The position numbers and the translations under genes are program-made. Positions 1-9,397 of a DNA stretch of 64,000 nucleotides are shown piece by piece. The notes beneath the pieces are model-generated. The model did not search any database. It worked only from the letters and a program-made list of their open reading frames with translations, and was not told the DNA's origin. The DNA lies in contig CAWFXQ010000007.1 in the NCBI GenBank assembly GCA_963819845.1, positions 55,560 to 119,559 of the forward strand, read 5' to 3'. Numbering within the stretch: position 1 is the first letter of the stretch; the number at the start of each line of letters is the position of its first letter. This DNA is from Miltoncostaeaceae bacterium. Lineage in GTDB: Bacteria; Actinomycetota; Thermoleophilia; Miltoncostaeales; Miltoncostaeaceae.

Positions 1-55
1 CGCGGTCGCAACAACGTCGGAGCGCCCTGCCTTACCGGGAATTACCGGAGGCACC

Positions 56-77
56 GGGGCGCCGGGACCGGCGCCCC
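56..77 (-). terminator. GC hairpin just downstream of tRNA-Pro (terminator-like)
   Basis: Perfect inverted repeat GGGGCGCCGG-GA-CCGGCGCCCC, 11 nt past the tRNA 3' end. No U-tract follows. Confidence 0.3.
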
Positions 78-87
78 CGCGGTGCGA

Positions 88-161
88 TCGGGGTGCCCGG
101 ATTTGAACCGGGGACCTCTCCGACCCGAACGGAGCGCGCTACCAAGCTGCGCCACACCCCG
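88..161 (-). tRNA. tRNA-Pro (anticodon CGG)
   Basis: The reverse complement folds as a cloverleaf. Acceptor stem is CGGGGTG/CACCCCG. Anticodon stem is CTCCG/CGGAG with loop TTCGGGT (CGG). T-arm is CCCGG-TTCAAAT-CCGGG. Length 74 nt; CCA is not encoded. Confidence 0.9.
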
Positions 162-194
162 ATGCGGGCATCGTAGCCGATGCCCGGCCCCCGC

Positions 195-428
195 CTACAC
201 CGTGATGACGCCCTCGACCTCGGGGATCGCGCGGCGCAACTCGGCCTCGATTCCGAGCGTCAGGGTGGCCGTGGACATCGGGCACCCCCCGCAGGAGCCC
301 TGCATGCTGAGGTAGACGAAGCCCTCCTGGTCGAACTCGACGAGCTCGACGTCGCCGCCGTCCGCATGAAGCGCGGGCCTGATCTTGTCGAGGACGTCCT
401 CGATCTGCGAGAGAATCTCCGCCGACAT
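195..428 (-). CDS. NifU-like (Nfu C-terminal domain) Fe-S cluster scaffold protein, 77 aa
   Basis: Internal ATG of ORF 195..752. The sequence MSAEILSQIEDVLDKIRPALHADGGDVELV...SCGGCPMS...TL is the typical Nfu/NifU C-terminal CxxC domain. Confidence 0.85.
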   Translation of the reverse strand: MSAEILSQIEDVLDKIRPALHADGGDVELVEFDQEGFVYLSMQGSCGGCPMSTATLTLGIEAELRRAIPEVEGVITV

Positions 429-477
429 GCCGCCTCCAGGTGATCGCTCGGACGCGCCCCATCCTAGCGCCCTGCGG

Positions 478-1311
478 GTGGCGGCGGTCCAGATGGGCAG
501 CTCCGCCGAGCCCGAGCGCAACCGGCGGACGGCCGAGGCCCTCGTGCGCCGGGCCGCGGCCGCCGGGGCGCGCCTGGTCGTGCTGCCCGAGAAATGGCCC
601 TTCCTCCACGGGCCGCGGACCCTCGAGGGCGCCGAGCCCCTCGACGGGCCCTCGATCGCCGCCGTCCGCGCCTGGGCGGCTGAGCTGGGGATCGCGGTGG
701 TCGCCGGGAGCCTGCTGGAGGCCGTCAACGGCGACGCGCGCGCCCGCAACACCAGCGTGCTCGTGCGCCCGGACGGCTCCGTGGCGGCGGTCTACCGCAA
801 GATCCACATGTTCGACGTGGACGTCGGGGGCGTCGCCTACCGCGAGTCGGCCGCGACGGCGCCCGGCGACGAGGTCGTGGTGGCGGACGCCCTCGGCCAC
901 CGCATCGGCATGTCGGTCTGCTACGACCTGCGCTTCCCGGAGCTCTACCGGCGCCTCGCCGACGGGGGCGCCGAGATCATCGCCGTCCCCGCGGCGTTCA
1001 CGACCGTGACCGGCCGCGACCACTGGGAGCCGCTGCTGCGGGCGCGCGCGATCGAGAACCAGGCCTTCGTCATCGCCGCCGGCCAGCAGGGCCGCCACGA
1101 CGACGGCACCGAGACCCACGGGCGCAGCATGGTCGTCGACCCCTGGGGGATCGTCCTGGCCCAGGCCCCCGACGGGGAGGGGCTGGCGGTCGCCGACCTC
1201 GACTTCGCCCGCCTGCACGAGATCCGCGCCCATCTGCCGGCCCTGCGCCACCGGCGCCCGGACGCCTACGCGCTAGACCTCCCCCGCCCCGGGGACGTCG
1301 AAGGGCAGTGA
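478..1311 (+). CDS. Carbon-nitrogen hydrolase (nitrilase superfamily)
   Basis: ORF 385..1311. It carries the Glu-Lys-Cys triad contexts VVLPEKW, YRKIHMFD and MSVCYDLRFPE. The start is ambiguous: GTG 478 (VAAVQM) is preferred, because ATG 427 would overlap the divergent NifU start codon. Confidence 0.85.
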   Translation: MAAVQMGSSAEPERNRRTAEALVRRAAAAGARLVVLPEKWPFLHGPRTLEGAEPLDGPSIAAVRAWAAELGIAVVAGSLLEAVNGDARARNTSVLVRPDGSVAAVYRKIHMFDVDVGGVAYRESAATAPGDEVVVADALGHRIGMSVCYDLRFPELYRRLADGGAEIIAVPAAFTTVTGRDHWEPLLRARAIENQAFVIAAGQQGRHDDGTETHGRSMVVDPWGIVLAQAPDGEGLAVADLDFARLHEIRAHLPALRHRRPDAYALDLPRPGDVEGQ

Positions 1312-2439
1312 GGGGTCGGCGTGGGCCACGGCTCCGCCGACCAGCGTCAGCCGCGGCGTCAGCCCCGGGTCGAGCACGACCACGTCGGCGGGGTCGCCCG
1401 GAGCCATCCCCGGAAGGCCGAGCAGCGCCCGCGGCGCCCAGGCCGCGGCGGCGAGGGCGGCCGCGGTCCCGACGCCCGCCCCGGCCAGGGTCCGGGGGCC
1501 CGCGTCGAGGGCCATGGCGCTGCCGGCGAGGCGACCCCGCCGGGTCACGCGCCGCCCGTCCGACATCACGGCCCGCCCGGCCAGCAGGTGGCGGCCCGGC
1601 GGCGCGCCGGCGGCCGCGACCGCGTCGCTCACCAGAACCAGCCGCGGGCCCGCGGCCCGGGCGACGACCGCCGCCACCTCCGGCGCCACGTGCACGCCGT
1701 CGCCGATCAGCGAGACCGACGGGCGCGGGTCGGCGAGGGCCGCGGCGAGCGCCGAGGGCCGGCGGCTCTCGATGCCCCGCATGGCGTTGAGCGCGTGGGT
1801 CACCAGCCGGGCCCCGGCGTCGATCGCGGCCCGCCCCGTCCGCGCGTCGGCCTCCGTGTGGCCGATCGCCGCGACGGCCCCCGCCCGCGCGATCCGGCGC
1901 ACCGCCGCCAGCCCGCCGGGCCGCTCGGGCGCCAGCGTCACGATGGCCGGCGCGAAGGCGGCCAGCAGCCGGTCGACCTCGGCCGGGACGGGGTCGCGCA
2001 GCGCCCCGGCCGGGTGGGCGCCCGCCCGGCCGGGCGAGAGGAAGGGACCCTCCAGGTGGACGCCGAGCGCCCGCGCGCCGGGAGGTGTGCCAATTGGCCG
2101 CGCGCGCCTCGGCCAATTGGCCAAGGGCGCCAGCGCGGCCGCCGCCCTGCCGTAGGCCGCCGCGGAGCGGCTCACGAGGGTGGGGCAGAAGGCCGTGACG
2201 CCCGCCGCCGGGAGGGCCGCGGCGACGGCCGCCAGGGCCTCGGCGCCGCCGTCAACCTCGGCCCCGGCGTAGCCGTTCACCTGGAGGTCGACGAAGCCGG
2301 GGGCGACGATCCAACCCTCGGGGAGCTCCCGCACGGCGCGCCGCGGCCCGCCGGCGGCGATGCGGCCGCGGGCGACCGCGACCTCGCCGCGGATCAGGCG
2401 CCGGCCGGCGAGGACCCGGCCGCGCAGGACGAGCGTCAC
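1273..2439 (-). CDS. nagA: N-acetylglucosamine-6-phosphate deacetylase
   Basis: ORF 1273..2547. Motifs: APGFVDLQVNGYAG, HLEGPFLSP, IGHTEA, THALNAM. GTG start at 2439 overlaps the upstream stop by 4 nt (GTGA). Confidence 0.85.
   Translation of the reverse strand: MTLVLRGRVLAGRRLIRGEVAVARGRIAAGGPRRAVRELPEGWIVAPGFVDLQVNGYAGAEVDGGAEALAAVAAALPAAGVTAFCPTLVSRSAAAYGRAAAALAPLANWPRRARPIGTPPGARALGVHLEGPFLSPGRAGAHPAGALRDPVPAEVDRLLAAFAPAIVTLAPERPGGLAAVRRIARAGAVAAIGHTEADARTGRAAIDAGARLVTHALNAMRGIESRRPSALAAALADPRPSVSLIGDGVHVAPEVAAVVARAAGPRLVLVSDAVAAAGAPPGRHLLAGRAVMSDGRRVTRRGRLAGSAMALDAGPRTLAGAGVGTAAALAAAAWAPRALLGLPGMAPGDPADVVVLDPGLTPRLTLVGGAVAHADPSLPFDVPGAGEV
2088..2122. repeat. Paired palindrome module, copy A: TGCCAATTGGCC-N11-GGCCAATTGGCC, inside the nagA CDS
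   Basis: Read directly from the sequence. The two 12-mers start 23 bp apart. On the nagA strand the module is translated in frame as LANWPRRARPIGT. Confidence 0.85.
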
Positions 2440-3758
2440 GGCCCCGCCGACGCGGAGAGCTCGGCGGCGAGGAGCCCGGGGTCCAGGCCCGGCGCGCCGA
2501 GGTCCCGGGCCAGCCCCTCCGGGTCGAGGGCGCCGCCCTCGAGCCACAGCTCCCGCAGCAGGCGGCCGGCGCGGGGGTCGGCGAACCAGCGCGCGCCGTG
2601 CTCCTCGCGCAGGTGGGTGCGGAGGGCGGCCGCCAGCATCCCGGCGCGCAGCTCATCGGCCGCGCCGAGGCCCGCCAGCCCGTCGGCCAGGCTCAGGGCC
2701 GCCGGCCAGTCGAGCCCGAGGGCCCGCGAGAGCGAGCTGTCCCCGCCCGCGCCGGCGAGGCCGGCCGCGCGGGCGGAGGCGGCGCGGGCCGCCAGCAGGC
2801 GGGCGGTGCCGGCCGCGCCCGCGGCCGCGTCGGCGTCAGCGTCGCGCACCCCGGCCGCCCGCGCCAGCCAGCCCGGGTCGGCCGCCAGGCCCTCGAACAG
2901 CAGCCCCGACGCGCGGGCCAGGGCCGGGTCCGCCAGGCGCGCGCGCTCGAGCGGCAGCCGCGGCGACGCACCGGCGGCGGCCAGCGCCGAGCCCAGGGCC
3001 CCGAGCGTCTCGAGCCACAGCGCCAGGCCCTCGCGCCCGCCCGCCGGCGCCGACGGGCCGCCGGGCGGGCCCAGCTCGAGCAGCTCCCGCGCCCGCGCCG
3101 CCGCATCGCCGGCCGCCGCGGAGCCCAGCTCGGCCTCGAGCTGGGGCGCGCGCACGATCCGCGGCAGGTCGGCGGCGCCCGGCTCCCCGGGGTCGCCGAG
3201 GGCGGCGGCGGCCGCGACGGCGAGCGCGGGGCCGAGGGCGGCGTCGGTGGCGTCGAGCAGGGCCTCGCCCGCCGCGGCGACGCCCGCGAGGTCGAGTCCG
3301 GCGGCGTCGGCGAGCAGCGACTCGGGCGAGTCGGCGCCCGCCCCCCGGGCCGCGTCCTCGCGGCGCCGCCGGGCGTCGGACAGGAGCGGGCCGAGGCGGT
3401 TCTCGAGCGCCCGCAGGCGGGCGGCCTGCAGGGCGCCGCGCCGCCCGCGGTCGGGCTCGGCCGCCAGCGCCGCGTCAACCTCGGGCGGCGCCAGGAGCCC
3501 GCCCGGCCCCTCGACGACGGGCTCCGAGAGCCGGGCCCGCACCTCGGCCAGCTCGTCGGCGCTGGCCAGCCGCAGGAGGCCCTCGGCGGCGAAGCGCGCC
3601 AGCTCGGGCGCGCCCTGGGCCCGCAGGCCCGCGACCGCCTCGGCCGTGAAGAGGTGGGCGAGACGCCGGTCGGCGGCCGGGCCGGGCGCGTCGAGGAGCT
3701 CGCCCGCCCCCCGGCGGTACTCCTCCAGGTCGCGGGGCGGCGGCGGCCACGGCGCAAT
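2436..3758 (-). CDS. Alanine-rich hypothetical protein (about 440 aa, start unresolved)
   Basis: This is the C-terminal part of ORF 2436..5027. It is coding-like, ends ...RTHLREEHGARWFADPRAGRLLRELWLEGG..., and is coupled to nagA. I found no canonical start codon near the 5' end, and I recognise no family. Confidence 0.45.
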   Translation of the reverse strand: MAPWPPPPRDLEEYRRGAGELLDAPGPAADRRLAHLFTAEAVAGLRAQGAPELARFAAEGLLRLASADELAEVRARLSEPVVEGPGGLLAPPEVDAALAAEPDRGRRGALQAARLRALENRLGPLLSDARRRREDAARGAGADSPESLLADAAGLDLAGVAAAGEALLDATDAALGPALAVAAAAALGDPGEPGAADLPRIVRAPQLEAELGSAAAGDAAARARELLELGPPGGPSAPAGGREGLALWLETLGALGSALAAAGASPRLPLERARLADPALARASGLLFEGLAADPGWLARAAGVRDADADAAAGAAGTARLLAARAASARAAGLAGAGGDSSLSRALGLDWPAALSLADGLAGLGAADELRAGMLAAALRTHLREEHGARWFADPRAGRLLRELWLEGGALDPEGLARDLGAPGLDPGLLAAELSASAGP

Positions 3759-3767
3759 ACTAGGAGC

Positions 3768-5133
3768 GTGGAGCGCCCGCGCCGCGACGACGTCCTCGAG
3801 CTCGAGGCCGGCGACCTCGCCTTCGGCGGGGCGGCGGTCGCCCGCCAGGACGGGTTCGTCGTCTTCTGCCGCGACGCCGCCCCCGGCGACCGGGTGCGGG
3901 CCCGGGTGGCGAAGGCGCGGCGGCGGTTCGCCGAGGCCGACCTGGTGGAGGTGCTGCGCCCGGGGCCCGACCGGGTGACGCCGCCCTGCCCGTACGTGCC
4001 GCGCTGCGGCGGCTGCCGGCTGCAGCACGTGGCCTACGGGGCCCAGCTGGCGGCCAAGCGCGACCAGGTGGCCGAGCACCTGGCGCGGATCGGCCACCTC
4101 CCCGACGTGGAGGTGCTCCCGCCCGACCCGGCGGCCGAGCCCTTCGGCTACCGCAACCGGATGGAGTACTCCGCCGCCCCGGGGCCCGCCGGGGAGCTCA
4201 CCCTCGGCTTCCACGCGCGCGGGCGCTGGGACGAGATCGTCGATGTCGCCGCCTGCCTGCTGGCCACGCCGCTGGGCAACGCCGTTCGCGAGACCGCCCG
4301 CGCCGCGGCCGCCGGCGCCGGCCTGGCCCCCTACGACCAGCGCTCCCAGACGGGGACCCTGCGCCACGTCGTGGTGCGCGAGGGCATCGCGACCGGGCAG
4401 GTGCTGGTGACCCTCGTCACCGTCCCGGGCGCCGAGGCGGGCGCCGACGCGGTCGCGGCCCGCCTGGCCGACGCCCATCCCGAGGTCGTGGGGGTGCTGC
4501 ACGCGGTCAACTCGGGGGTCGCCGAGACCACCGCCGGCCACCCCACCCGCGTGGCGCTCGGCCGGGACTGGCTCGAGGAGCGCGTCCGCGGTGCCGCCCT
4601 GCGCATCTCGGCGGGGTCGTTCTTCCAGACGAACACGCGCATGGCCGAGCGGCTCTACGAGCGGGTCGCCGAGGCGGCCGGGCTGGACGGCGCGCAGGTG
4701 CTCTACGACCTCTTCTGCGGCGCCGGGAGCATCGGGGTCGCCCTGGCCGCGGGAGCGCGGGAGGTGGTGGCCATCGACGTCGTGCCCGAGGCGGTCGCCG
4801 ACGCCGAGCGCAATGCCGCGGCCAACGGGCTGGCCAACCACACGGCGCTCTGCGGGGACGTCGGGGTCGTCCTCCGCGAGCGCCGCGGCGAGCTGCCGCC
4901 GCCCGACGTCGCGGTGGTCGAACCCGCCGCGGGCGGGGCTCTCCGGCCGGGCCGTGCGGCGGGTGCTGGAGCTGGCGCCGCCCACGCTGGTGTACGTCTC
5001 CTGCCAGCCCGCGACCTTCGCCGACAACGCCGCCCGCTTCGTGGCCGGCGGCTACCGCCTGGAGTGGGTGCGCCCGGTCAACATGTTCCCCCAGACGCCC
5101 CACATCGAGGCGGTCGCGCGCTTCACCCGCTAG
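3768..5133 (+). pseudogene. 23S rRNA (uracil-5-)-methyltransferase RumA/RlmD family, one frameshift near 4921
   Basis: N-terminal TRAM-like region, Cys cluster CPYVPRCGGCRLQH, and SAM motif DLFCGAGSIG lie in the ORF 2598 frame. The C-terminus NPPRAGLS...LVYVSCQPATFADN...MFPQTPHIEAVARF continues in the ORF 4591..5133 frame. An extra A in gtcgAAccc accounts for the shift. Confidence 0.8.
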
Positions 5134-6806
5134 CGCTGGCGCTGGACGTCCCGCCCCGGGCCACCGATGAGGCGGTCGATGCCCGCGCCGCCGAGGAGCG
5201 TGTCGCGCCCGGCGCCGCCGAGCAGCCGGTCGCGCCCGCGCCCGCCGATCAGCGTGTCGCGGCCTGCACCTCCGCAGATGACGTCGGCGCCCCCCAGGCC
5301 GCGGATCACGTCGTTGCCGCCCAGCCCGGCGATGACGTCGCGGCGCGGCGTGCCGCGCAGCCGGTTCGCCCGCGCGGTGCCGGTCCTCGTCGCCGGGAGG
5401 CCCCCGCAGTGGATCCGTCGCGAGGCGCCGGCGGGGGCCACGGTGGGCGACCCGGTCGTGAAGGTGCGGTCGGCCCCGAGCGTCGTGTCGGAGTCGTTGG
5501 TGGCGACCAGGCGGTAGTGGTGCTCGGTCCCGGGCGCGAGCCCGCCAACCGGGGCGGACGCGGCCTGGAAGGCGAGCGAGGCCCCGACGCCGGCCTCGGG
5601 GGTGCGGGAGCCGTATGCGGGCGTCGTCCCGTAGTCGAAGTGGTAGGTCGTCGTCTGGCCGTTGGGCCGAACCGCGCCGGCGAGCGCGGCCGAGGTCGCC
5701 GCCACCGCGCCGGCCGGCCCCGTCACCGCCGCCGGCCCGACCGAGATGCGGAACACCCGTCCCGGGTCTTGGCTTCCGACCACCCACATCGCGCCGTCCG
5801 GACCCGCCGTGATGCCGTTGGGGAGGGCGTTGGCGGCGAGTCCCGGCGTCATGCCGCCGGCCAGCTCGGTCACCCGGCCGTCCGGGGTGATGCGGGCGAT
5901 CCGCCCCGGGTTCGCCCCCTGGGTGAACCACAGGTTGCCGTCGGGTCCGGCCGCGATGTTGCCGGGGCTGCCGTTGGCCGTGAAGCCGGGCGTCACGCCG
6001 CCCGTGAACTCGGTCACCCGACCGCCGGGCGTGATCCGCGCGACCCGGCCGGGGGCGAGCGACTGGGTGAACCACAGGTTCCCGTCGGCCCCCGCCGCGA
6101 TGTCGATGGGGATGCCGCCGGCGCTGAAGCCGGGGGTCACGCCTCCCGTGAACTCCGTCACCTGACCCCCCGGGGTGACCCGCGCCACCCGGCCGGGCCC
6201 CGCGCTCATCGCAACCCATAGGTTGCCGTCGGGGCCGCTCGTGATCCTGTTGGGCCGGGCGTTGGCGGTGAAGCCCGGCGTCGCGCCCCCGGTGAGCTGC
6301 GTCACCGCGAACGACGGCGTGATCCTCACGATGCCGCCGGGATCCGCGAAGAGGGTGAACCAGACGTTGCCGTCGGGCCCGGCCGTGATGCCCGCGGGCG
6401 TGCCGTTGGCGCTGAACGAGAACGGCCCTCCGCCGGCCAGCTCGCCGACGCCGACGGTGATCCGGGCCACTGCGCCCGGGTTCGCCTCCCCGAGGAACCA
6501 CATCGGGCCATCGGGGCCGGCGGCGAGCCGCGTGGGCCTACGGTCGGCGGTGAACCCGGAGGTGACTCCCCCCGTGAACTCGGTGGCCTGCCCGGCCGGC
6601 GTCATGCGCACGATGTGACCCGGGTCGTTGAGCAGACTGAACCACAGGTTGCCGTCGTTGCCCGCCGCGATGCCCACCGGAAAGGCGTTCGCCGAGTAGC
6701 CGGCCGGGCCCGGCAGGAACTCGGTCACGGTCGGAGCGCTCGCGGCGGCGGACGGACCGAGGGCCGCGAGCAGGAGCGCGGCCAGCGTCGGGAGAAGGCG
6801 CCGCAC
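5130..6806 (-). CDS. Secreted beta-propeller protein: Vgb (streptogramin lyase)-like repeats plus C-terminal RTX-type GGxGxD repeats
   Basis: Signal peptide [24 protein letters not shown]. About 8 repeats of GPDGNLWFT...RITP.G.VTEF. The C-terminus is [42 protein letters not shown]. Confidence 0.8.
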   Translation of the reverse strand: MRRLLPTLAALLLAALGPSAAASAPTVTEFLPGPAGYSANAFPVGIAAGNDGNLWFSLLNDPGHIVRMTPAGQATEFTGGVTSGFTADRRPTRLAAGPDGPMWFLGEANPGAVARITVGVGELAGGGPFSFSANGTPAGITAGPDGNVWFTLFADPGGIVRITPSFAVTQLTGGATPGFTANARPNRITSGPDGNLWVAMSAGPGRVARVTPGGQVTEFTGGVTPGFSAGGIPIDIAAGADGNLWFTQSLAPGRVARITPGGRVTEFTGGVTPGFTANGSPGNIAAGPDGNLWFTQGANPGRIARITPDGRVTELAGGMTPGLAANALPNGITAGPDGAMWVVGSQDPGRVFRISVGPAAVTGPAGAVAATSAALAGAVRPNGQTTTYHFDYGTTPAYGSRTPEAGVGASLAFQAASAPVGGLAPGTEHHYRLVATNDSDTTLGADRTFTTGSPTVAPAGASRRIHCGGLPATRTGTARANRLRGTPRRDVIAGLGGNDVIRGLGGADVICGGAGRDTLIGGRGRDRLLGGAGRDTLLGGAGIDRLIGGPGRDVQRQR

Positions 6807-6853
6807 CCACGGATCCTACGGCGGGCCGCAGGGCGCGGCAACGCCGGCCGGGA

Positions 6854-7534
6854 TCAGTAGGGCGGCTGGGCCTGGTGCCAGTCGCCGACGGCCCGGAACG
6901 CCTCCCAGAACGCGCGCTTGGCGCTCTGCTCGTCGAGCGACGTGTCGATGTCGGGCACGTAGATCGCCTCGGTCGTCGGGGTCCACCGCTGCACGACGCC
7001 CGGCTCGGCCCCCAGCGGCTCCGACAGCGGGACGCCGAGGCCGTTGAGGGTCTCGACGACGAGCTCGCCCATCGGCACGACGAGCTTGGGTTGCACGATC
7101 TGGAGCTCCTGCGCCAGCCAGGCGGGGCAGAGCCGGGCGGCCTCGGCCGGCTCGAGGTGGGTGCACTTCACGCAGAGGGTCCCGTAGAGCAGCAGCGGGT
7201 CGATGCCCAGCCGTTGCACGCTCTTGAGGATGGCCGAGCCGGCCCGGCCGAAGAACGCCACGCCCTCCTGGCGCTCGGAGAGGCTCGCGGTCCACTTCAC
7301 GAGCATGATCTCCGCCTGCGGCGAGCCCGAGCTCATCACGGGCAGCTCGCCCTCGGGCCGGCAGCGCTCGCACGCCGTGATGGCGTCGTTCAGGGCCGCG
7401 ATCTCCGCGATCGCGCGCCGCTGGTAGGCGTCCTGGATGTCCTCCGGGCTCGTCCCGCCGACGGGGCCGCCGGGCGCTCGGCGGCCGCCTCGCGAGCGCC
7501 GGGTCGAGCGCGGGGTGGGGGGGTCAGGGGTCAT
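6854..7534 (-). CDS. Uracil-DNA glycosylase superfamily protein (family 4-like, divergent motif A)
   Basis: AEIMLV...SERQEGVAFFGRAGSAILK and LCVKC...QPKLVVPMG resemble the family-4 UDG / SPO1 polymerase-related fold. Confidence 0.7.
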   Translation of the reverse strand: MTPDPPTPRSTRRSRGGRRAPGGPVGGTSPEDIQDAYQRRAIAEIAALNDAITACERCRPEGELPVMSSGSPQAEIMLVKWTASLSERQEGVAFFGRAGSAILKSVQRLGIDPLLLYGTLCVKCTHLEPAEAARLCPAWLAQELQIVQPKLVVPMGELVVETLNGLGVPLSEPLGAEPGVVQRWTPTTEAIYVPDIDTSLDEQSAKRAFWEAFRAVGDWHQAQPPY

Positions 7535-7585
7535 GGGCGACGGTCGTATTTCGCGGGTCCGACGCTACTCCTGCCGAGGCCCGTT

Positions 7586-9397
7586 TCACGAGTCCGGAAT
7601 GCGCCGGCCGCGCCGCCGGCCCTGCGGCGCGCGAGCCCGGCGCCGGCGCGGCGGGCGGAGCAGGCGGGCCTCGGCGAGCGCGTCGAGGAGGTCGGCCGGG
7701 CCGTGGAAGGGGCGCAGCTCGGTGACGGCGGCGCCGACCTCGTCGGCGCCCTCCGCGCCGCTCCCGGCGCAGCCGAGAACTCCCATCCGCTGGGCGATGC
7801 GGGCCGTCTCGTCCTCCGCCGGTCCCTCGGCCAGGCCGGCCAGGAGCTGGCGGCAGTCCACCTCGCTGCCCAGCCGCCGGAGCGCCTCGGGGGAGGGGGG
7901 CGGCGCGGGCCCGTCCGGGTGGGGCGCCATGACGATGCCGCCCTGGGCGTGGACGGCGGCGGCGGCCGCCGCCGGGGCCAGCCCGGGCTCGACGTCCCGC
8001 ACCAGGAAGAGGCCGACGAGCGCGCCGTCGGTCGTGGCGATCTCCTGGCCCACGATCACCGCGAGGTCGCCGGGGGCCGCCGCGGCGACGGCCAGGCCCG
8101 TCGCGATCCCTTGCGGGCTGGCGACGGCGATCGCGCCGATGCCGCGCTCCCGGCAGGCCGCCACGATCCGCTCCGGGGCCACGTCCGGCGCCGGCCGCAC
8201 GCGGAGGTCGGCCAGCACCCGCTCCTCGGCGTCCGCGGCGGCGGCCCGCCGCCCCGACGCCATCGCGCCGAGGTACGCGGCCTCCAGGTCGGCGGCGACG
8301 TCGTCCCAGCCGCGCCCCGCCGCGGCCGCCGCGGCGGCGCCGAGGGCCGCCCGGCGGCCGCGGTCGCGCGCCAGGTCGCCCACGGCGTCCGCCCAGGCCT
8401 CGCGCGAGAAGGGCGGGAGCACCAGCGCCTCGACCCCGTGGCGGGCGATCTCGTCGGCACCGGGGCAGCGCGGCGCGATCACGGCGCACCCCGCGGCCAT
8501 CGCCTCCCTGAGGGGAGGCCCGGCCGCGTCCTCGGCCGTCGCGAGCACGACCACCGATCCCGGCGCCAGGAGGGCGGCACGGCCATCGGGGCCCGCGTCC
8601 GGCACCACCGCGACGCGGTCGCGCAGCGCCTTCGGCACGGCGGCGCGCGTCCGCCAGGGGGCGTCGGGGGGGCCCACCAGCGTGACCGGCCCGATGGCCG
8701 CGAGGTCGAGGGACCGGAGCATCCCCATCGCGAACCGCACCCCCGCCCGGTCGCGGCCGCGGGCGACGAGCGTCAGCGGGGGCGGCTCGCCGGCGGGGGC
8801 GGGGACCCCTGCGAGGTCCACGCCGGGCGGCACGACGGCGTAGTCGCCGGGCAGGATCTCCGCCAGCGCCGTGGCGTCGGCCTGCGTGGTGGCGATCCGG
8901 AGGTCGGCGCGGGAGAGCGCCCGGTCCACCAGGGGCCGCAGGAGCGCCACCCCGGCCAGGGGCTCGGCCCGGTGGAAGGTCACGGCGGCCAGCCCGCGCG
9001 CGTGGCGCAGCGCCGCGAGCGCGGGGCTCGGCGCGAGCGGCTCGTGCAGGTCGACGACGTCGAACGCCGGCCGCGACAGCGCCGCCTCCAGCGCCGTCAC
9101 GAGGTCGAAGGGCCCGCCCACCCGGCGGCCGGGGCCGGCGGGGAGCGCCCGCCCGATGGCGACCTCGCGCACCTCGCCCGGCTCCGCGGCGATGGCCCCC
9201 GGGTCGCCCGCCTCGGCGGCGCGCAGCGCCGCCCGCCCGGCCGCGATCCGGTCGCGGGTGGTGGCCGGCGCCAGCAGGGTCACGCCGTGGCCGCGGGCGG
9301 CCAGCGCGCGGGCGACCTCCGCGATGCGGTGGGCGACGTCGTCCCGCGGCGGTGAGGGCAGGGGCGAGACCAGGGCGATGCGCAGCGGCGCGGTCAC
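7586..9397 (-). CDS. GT4-family glycosyltransferase (PimA-like) fused to a C-terminal PHP-like domain
   Basis: Lower part of ORF 7586..9931. GTG start [13 protein letters not shown] overlaps the pgsA-like stop (GTGA). The GT-B region includes ...EAMAAGCAVIA.... The last ~200 aa contain IVGQEIATTDGALVGLF and GGIVMAPHP. Confidence 0.75.
   Translation of the reverse strand: MTAPLRIALVSPLPSPPRDDVAHRIAEVARALAARGHGVTLLAPATTRDRIAAGRAALRAAEAGDPGAIAAEPGEVREVAIGRALPAGPGRRVGGPFDLVTALEAALSRPAFDVVDLHEPLAPSPALAALRHARGLAAVTFHRAEPLAGVALLRPLVDRALSRADLRIATTQADATALAEILPGDYAVVPPGVDLAGVPAPAGEPPPLTLVARGRDRAGVRFAMGMLRSLDLAAIGPVTLVGPPDAPWRTRAAVPKALRDRVAVVPDAGPDGRAALLAPGSVVVLATAEDAAGPPLREAMAAGCAVIAPRCPGADEIARHGVEALVLPPFSREAWADAVGDLARDRGRRAALGAAAAAAAGRGWDDVAADLEAAYLGAMASGRRAAAADAEERVLADLRVRPAPDVAPERIVAACRERGIGAIAVASPQGIATGLAVAAAAPGDLAVIVGQEIATTDGALVGLFLVRDVEPGLAPAAAAAAVHAQGGIVMAPHPDGPAPPPSPEALRRLGSEVDCRQLLAGLAEGPAEDETARIAQRMGVLGCAGSGAEGADEVGAAVTELRPFHGPADLLDALAEARLLRPPRRRRARAPQGRRRGRRIPDS

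Noticed and set aside
426-429. Divergent NifU-like and nitrilase-family genes sharing overlapping start codons (CATG)
   Set aside because: This arrangement would leave no promoter space. A GTG at 478 gives the canonical short N-terminus (VAAVQM) of C-N hydrolases, so the overlap is probably an artefact of taking the first ATG.
4915-4925. Programmed ribosomal frameshift in the rRNA methyltransferase gene
   Set aside because: There is no slippery heptamer or downstream structure, and the shift falls inside a conserved catalytic motif. A simple indel, whether mutation or sequencing error, is the economical explanation.
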